Below, piece after piece: positions 60,101 through 64,000 of a stretch of DNA of 64,000 nucleotides; the first letter of the stretch is position 1; the number at the start of each line of letters is the position of its first letter. Source of the DNA: an uncultured bacterium. Its GTDB lineage: Bacteria; UBP4; UBA4092. The notes beneath the pieces are model-generated. The model was not told the origin of the DNA. It did not search any database and saw only the letters and a list, made by a program, of their open reading frames with translations. Position numbers and translations under genes: made by a program. The stretch covers positions 430,869 through 494,868 of the forward strand of contig CAZXWN010000001.1 of assembly GCA_964644695.1 (NCBI GenBank). The letters run 5' to 3'.

Positions 60101-61218
60101 ATAATACCCATGTAACCTTGATTGCTTACATCACCAGCGAGCACACCCATTACAGGCTCACCGATATCTGTTATTTGATCAAAATTTGGATCGCCCGCTC
60201 GTAAAAGAGATATTTTTCCAGACTCACTGACAACGACTAAAGATTCGTGTTCTTTGGAAGTATTAATCCAAATAGGAGCAGTTAATATTTTCTCGCTAAA
60301 GGCAAAATCCTGAATAACTTTTTGATTATGTGGGTTATATAAATAAACTTTACTATCATTACTAATGCAAACCACACGGTTAAAATCAGAGGAATACGTT
60401 AATGGTAACGAAAAAGGTTCATCTGCAATAAAAGGAATTTTTATGGGTTCTTCATTTCCCCAATTAAAGGTATTAATTCTTCTCCCATTATCAGCTGAAA
60501 CAACTAACAGGCCCGAATCACCCTGAATAAAGATAGGATTAGAGGTAACACCTTGATTGGATATTCTCATTGCCCCCAGAGAAGAGCCAGTTTCCCCATC
60601 AAAAGCATAAATCATTCCATTAGATAATGTTACAAATACATCCTGCGTTTCATCTGAATTAAATTTCAAAAGGGTGGGTATATTTACAGCTTCCGCTTGC
60701 AGGCGCTTCCGCCACTTAACTTCATGCTTATTAAGATCAACACAAGATAAATTGGCTTCCTCATCACAAAAAAATACATATTTTTCTTTTCCCTGTAATA
60801 AATCAGCAGCCATTCCAGAGACGACAGGAGACTGTAACTCTAATTTCCATAATATTTTGTTGATTCGTGGATTAATGAGACACAGTTCTCCAGACTGGCT
60901 GGCAATTAACAGGTCAGATTCATTTGAATTAAATGGATCAGGAATAACTAAAGGAGATACTTGAATAATCGTATCCACTGCAAAAGAAAAATGCTTTTTA
61001 CCATCTGAGCCGCTAAATACAGTCACTAAACCTGAATGCCCCGCCACAATGACATCAGGAACGGCATCACCACTTACCTCGGCAATAACTGGATAATTAG
61101 TGATACTCTCTGAAAGATGTTGTTTCCACTGGATGTAGTTTTCTTTCTCAGCAGAAGAGATGGTAATAAGAAGAATAAAAACAATGCCTGATAAAAAAAG
61201 CCTTCCTAAATACTTCAT
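57097..61218 (-). CDS. Receptor-type Ser/Thr protein kinase: signal peptide, PQQ/FG-GAP beta-propeller, TM, TPR array, C-terminal Hanks kinase
   Basis: GRGNMGVVY, VALK, HRDIKPAN, DFG, GTPLYMSPE, DIYSMG; TM LIISSLVLIALLPVLLFYF followed by KKKKK. Confidence 0.88.
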   Translation of the reverse strand: MKYLGRLFLSGIVFILLITISSAEKENYIQWKQHLSESITNYPVIAEVSGDAVPDVIVAGHSGLVTVFSGSDGKKHFSFAVDTIIQVSPLVIPDPFNSNESDLLIASQSGELCLINPRINKILWKLELQSPVVSGMAADLLQGKEKYVFFCDEEANLSCVDLNKHEVKWRKRLQAEAVNIPTLLKFNSDETQDVFVTLSNGMIYAFDGETGSSLGAMRISNQGVTSNPIFIQGDSGLLVVSADNGRRINTFNWGNEEPIKIPFIADEPFSLPLTYSSDFNRVVCISNDSKVYLYNPHNQKVIQDFAFSEKILTAPIWINTSKEHESLVVVSESGKISLLRAGDPNFDQITDIGEPVMGVLAGDVSNQGYMGIMIFTENKLILFNTKGIVDNGLISWPMYLANNYRTSQVNKSYAYWMLKRSHDNQRIIEGLYQEAISLKKQHNLDAALNMLKKVLESNPHHTGAINEIRKIQFGRNKPLINLIISSLVLIALLPVLLFYFKKKKKVTIQNIKKLLLSKDLDSVFEKHRKFIEKHSDKFKLELAIAYARKNIRDPEVLALYQSVYDENPEIASDNGIVIYQLAKGYASQNARDIGAVQLYRQALRFKADDVQIQEELALALMENKQFKDAIPLLEKLKDIANKKSQILNALTDAYLSLGRNDIVALQVYESVYSERQNDAILVNLMADTYLGSGSEKAIVLEVLQSAILLYPVKYEYHQRLACLYAKKDDQVKALETINLVPQEALSPECSILKGIIYYKSEMLDRALEVFRENYRKTPNDSILIDWLAKTLARGNDTSPESVSIIEKAHQGNPKELLFVSYLAQIYSIRGEITPALNFISLWEERSPNDMLGPLKCYEELSQLGFDIPIQICLMKAYLKAGFNDKALLIEQQLETTINDDIEKINLYQTYWDHNRENIEILIKKSVLQAENQMIDKAIKDIESLSSLDEQTSQLLENLYISKMQSDEENPIYHFKLGELLFKGCDYDRAIDCFQKSIKSSYNVDLSKYYLSFCLIRSGILDLASQILESLGIKDINLDAWYELGQKYLERKHLAKALNIFEKIMTEDVSYKDLKYLIPKIRDEISNGGGALTNTGQDTLIGTQVDNAELNKRYELVRELGRGNMGVVYLAHDRELDEPVALKYLPVELHNDAMIVERFKQEVRSTRRLSHPHIIRIFDLGEEEGRRFISMEYMEGKNLKEILQEKGKLSPLSVIDMGISVSSALDYAHRMKVVHRDIKPANIMISQDGQIKIMDFGIASMLERAGLTQTGAMIGTPLYMSPEQAEGRHVDGRADIYSMGVLFYELVVGNPPYSTGNISYQHVHVPPPQINDSDVPECLIEVIMKCLNKNPDHRYQTAGECQKALEMCREKMFN

Positions 61219-61236
61219 TAATACCCCACACTGAAA

Positions 61237-62067
61237 CTAATCAAAATTTAAAATCCATTGTTCAAGTACAAACTGAGGATCTTCTGAAATCATATCCTGC
61301 TCCCGGGGACGCAGTCTATTTTCAATATCTAAAGTTTGTATGTAATGGTTTAATGCTCGATTATAAGCGGTCGGAGTAATATTCTCAATCTTTAAAAAGG
61401 ATTGTTCCCAATAATTTTTTCTAATTATTGGCATCAATTGGTATGCCAATTTACTAACGTCAGGATCTTCACCCAAAAATTTATGTAACGCAATAAGAGA
61501 ATCCCGGCATTTCAATGATGAGCTTGCCTTAGCAAATTTAAAAATTTCAGCAGAGAGAGGAAAATGATAAATTGAACCAAACTTTTGAATGAATTTATAA
61601 AGTCGGTTGGTTTTAGTTACTTTCTGCTTTTTATCTCGATTCTCATAATAAACAAATATGATTGTAAATTCTGGTTTATTGGGGATTTCAGACTCCATCC
61701 AATCCAGGAAAGAGGCATCTCCGGATGACATTGATTGCTCATCTTCATCATCTCCCTCAGATTCATATTTGCTTGAGGATTTAAGAAGGGGGCAATTTTC
61801 AACAATGACAACTCGTTGGTTAAAAAGAAAACCAACGGTATTACAAAAATCAATAATTTCCGTTGAATCAAATTGACGTCCAGTTTGTTCCAACATATTA
61901 CCAACCCGGGCATCACTGGAAATCAAATTATTCAAAAGACTGGTAAGTGATTTTTGAATATTATTATGTTCTTCACCATATAGGAGATAAACAGGCTTTA
62001 TTGGTAAACCCTGAAAATCGAGAAATTTGTAATATGAATCTTTTTTTGCGGAAGAATAGTTCGCCAT
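61237..62067 (-). CDS. holA: DNA polymerase III delta subunit-like protein (shortened HolA)
   Basis: PVYLLYGEE, CNTVGFLFNQRVVIVEN; C-terminal EIFKF...FVLEQWI. Confidence 0.55.
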   Translation of the reverse strand: MANYSSAKKDSYYKFLDFQGLPIKPVYLLYGEEHNNIQKSLTSLLNNLISSDARVGNMLEQTGRQFDSTEIIDFCNTVGFLFNQRVVIVENCPLLKSSSKYESEGDDEDEQSMSSGDASFLDWMESEIPNKPEFTIIFVYYENRDKKQKVTKTNRLYKFIQKFGSIYHFPLSAEIFKFAKASSSLKCRDSLIALHKFLGEDPDVSKLAYQLMPIIRKNYWEQSFLKIENITPTAYNRALNHYIQTLDIENRLRPREQDMISEDPQFVLEQWILNFD

Positions 62068-62073
62068 AAACGC

Positions 62074-62496
62074 TTATGACTCCTTTCGCAAATCCTTGGA
62101 AGCACGGTCTAATATACCATTTACAAACTGATAGGATTTAGTATCACCGTATCTCTTAGCGATTTCAACCGCCTCATTAATAATAACTCGTGCAGGAGTT
62201 TCTGGGTGATATAACAATTCATAAACCGCAAACCGTAAGATATTGATGTCAATTATGGCAATTCGATCCATAGACCAATTCTCAACATATTGTGATATTT
62301 TGGCATCAATTTCAATACAATTAGTAACCGTGCCTTTGAATACACCCGTAGCAAATTCTCTAATTTCAGCCGGAAGTTCATCCCGATTAAAAACGTCATT
62401 GAGAATGGAATCCTCTGATCCGGATAACATCTCCCATTGATAGAGTGATTTCAAAACAATTTCTCGGGCAAAGCGTCTTTTATTGTGTAAAGCCAT
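62074..62496 (-). CDS. nusB: Transcription antitermination factor NusB
   Basis: RRFAREIVLKSLYQ, NWSMDRI, INEAVEIAKRYG, FVNGILD. Confidence 0.96.
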   Translation of the reverse strand: MALHNKRRFAREIVLKSLYQWEMLSGSEDSILNDVFNRDELPAEIREFATGVFKGTVTNCIEIDAKISQYVENWSMDRIAIIDINILRFAVYELLYHPETPARVIINEAVEIAKRYGDTKSYQFVNGILDRASKDLRKES

Positions 62497-62512
62497 AAGT
62501 TTTTCGTTTGTT

Positions 62513-62983
62513 TTATTTTATTTGTTTAATTAAGTCAGCCATCTCGATAGCAGTTAATGCAGCGTCCCAGCCTTTATTACCAACTTTCGTACCTGCACGT
62601 TCAACTGCTTGTTCAATGGAATCCGTTGTTAATACACCAAAAGCTACTGGTTTACCAGTCATCAGACTGACATGTGCAATACCTTTGGAGACTTCTGCTG
62701 CCACATAGTCAAAGTGTGGCGTTGCGCCTCGAATAACACAGCCCAAGCATATAACCGCATCGTATTGATCTGACTGCGCCATTTTTTGGGCTATCAACGG
62801 AATTTCCATCGCGCCAGGAACCCAACAAATCTCAATATCATTTTCAACTGCTCCGTGGCGATTCAAACAATCCAGCGCACCACTTAAGAGCCGACTCGTA
62901 ATAAATTCATTGAATCGGGAAACGATAATACCAAATTTCTTACCCGTAGCATCTAACTGTCCACCAATCACTTTTGAAGGCAT
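62513..62983 (-). CDS. ribH: 6,7-dimethyl-8-ribityllumazine synthase
   Basis: [35 protein letters not shown]. Confidence 0.97.
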   Translation of the reverse strand: MPSKVIGGQLDATGKKFGIIVSRFNEFITSRLLSGALDCLNRHGAVENDIEICWVPGAMEIPLIAQKMAQSDQYDAVICLGCVIRGATPHFDYVAAEVSKGIAHVSLMTGKPVAFGVLTTDSIEQAVERAGTKVGNKGWDAALTAIEMADLIKQIK

Positions 62984-63017
62984 AATTAATCTCCTTTTCT
63001 AGGGGGTGGGAACTTAA

Positions 63018-64000
63018 TTAAAAATCAATCAAGTGTCCCATTTTATCACGCTTTGTCTCTAAATATACTCTATTCGTTTCACATTCACCTACTTGAAGAG
63101 GTACTCTCTCAGTAACTTTTAGTCCATAGGCTTCCAGACCCACAATCTTACGGGGGTTATTCGTAATTAATCTCAAACTGCTCAATCCTAAATCGACTAA
63201 AATCTGTGCTCCGATTCCATATTCTCTTAAATCTGGCTTAAAACCGAGTTCAATATTAGCTTCGACGGTATCCAGACCTTTGTCCTGAAGAGCATATGCC
63301 TTTATCTTGTTTTCAAGTCCAATTCCACGACCCTCTTGACGCATATAAAGAACCACACCCTGTCCTTCTCGTTCAATCATGCTTAATGCAGCAGCTAACT
63401 GGGCTCCACAATCACATCGTGATGACCCAAAGACATCACCTGTCAGACATTCAGAATGGACTCGGACCAAAACATTTTCTTTATTTTTAACATCGCCCTT
63501 TACTACCGCCATATGGAATCTGCCATCAATCTGACAATGATAACCATAAAGTTTAAAATGACCATATTTTGTAGGGAAATCGACTGTTACAGTATTTTCA
63601 ATAAGTTTTTCAGTTCTTCGCCTGTATTCAATCAAATCTTTGATGGTAATAATTGGAAGATTATACTTTTTCGCATATTCAAGTAATTGTGGGACACGAG
63701 CCATAGTCCCATCAGCATTTAGAATTTCACACAAAACTCCAGCAGGATAAAGACCTGCCAGTTTAGCCAAATCAACAGCGGCTTCGGTATGCCCTGCTCT
63801 GGTTAACACACCACCTTCGCGCGCTTTTAAGGGAAATATATGACCAGGCCGTCTTAAATCAGAGGGCTTCGTTTTAGGATCAATCAAAACATTAATCGTC
63901 GCTGCGCGATCAAAAGCTGAGATACCTGTTGTCGTCTTATCCCGAGCATCCACACTCACTGTAAAAGCAGTCTGCATTTTGTCTGTGTTTTGAGATACCA
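63018..64000 (-). CDS. ribBA: Bifunctional DHBP synthase / GTP cyclohydrolase II, 5'-truncated by the window edge
   Basis: [45 protein letters not shown]. Confidence 0.97.
   Translation of the reverse strand, partial: VSQNTDKMQTAFTVSVDARDKTTTGISAFDRAATINVLIDPKTKPSDLRRPGHIFPLKAREGGVLTRAGHTEAAVDLAKLAGLYPAGVLCEILNADGTMARVPQLLEYAKKYNLPIITIKDLIEYRRRTEKLIENTVTVDFPTKYGHFKLYGYHCQIDGRFHMAVVKGDVKNKENVLVRVHSECLTGDVFGSSRCDCGAQLAAALSMIEREGQGVVLYMRQEGRGIGLENKIKAYALQDKGLDTVEANIELGFKPDLREYGIGAQILVDLGLSSLRLITNNPRKIVGLEAYGLKVTERVPLQVGECETNRVYLETKRDKMGHLIDF

Noticed and set aside
503-63686. Numerous short ORFs in the track (e.g. 16586-17050, 33303-33686, 36815-37207, 41102-41500, 55696-56085)
   Set aside because: They are antisense or alternate-frame shadows of well-supported genes and carry no recognisable motifs.

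Overview
AT-rich, very compact chromosomal region of a diderm bacterium (six-domain S1, GmhA, GT9 heptosyltransferase, LptE-like lipoprotein; SecA carries a long PPXD insertion like that of FCB/PVC-type SecA). Mostly core genes: rpsA, alr, PBP1A, rimI, a DHH-CBS tRNA nucleotidyltransferase, rng, rodA, leuS, tyrS, secA, tRNA-Phe, def-fmt, a Xer-type recombinase, thrS-infC-rpmI-rplT, holA-like, nusB, ribH and ribBA, interspersed with envelope glycosylation genes. No CRISPR array, IS element, prophage or rRNA was seen. Most notable: (1) a ~28-bp palindrome CATCGAACAAGAT-NN-ATCTTGTTCGATG repeated in four intergenic regions with copy-specific palindromic flanks; (2) a perfect 13-6-13 dif-like inverted repeat just upstream of the recombinase; (3) an aminotransferase-LuxE-LuxC cassette without luxAB, coupled to def-fmt and running antisense into tRNA-Phe; (4) a UvsW-like helicase with a HARP-like N-terminus facing an MrfB/YprB-like exonuclease; (5) a 1373-aa receptor-type Ser/Thr kinase with a C-terminal kinase domain; (6) infC starting at ATC and overlapping rpmI by 74 nt. 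All family calls come from motif recognition by eye, not from database searches.
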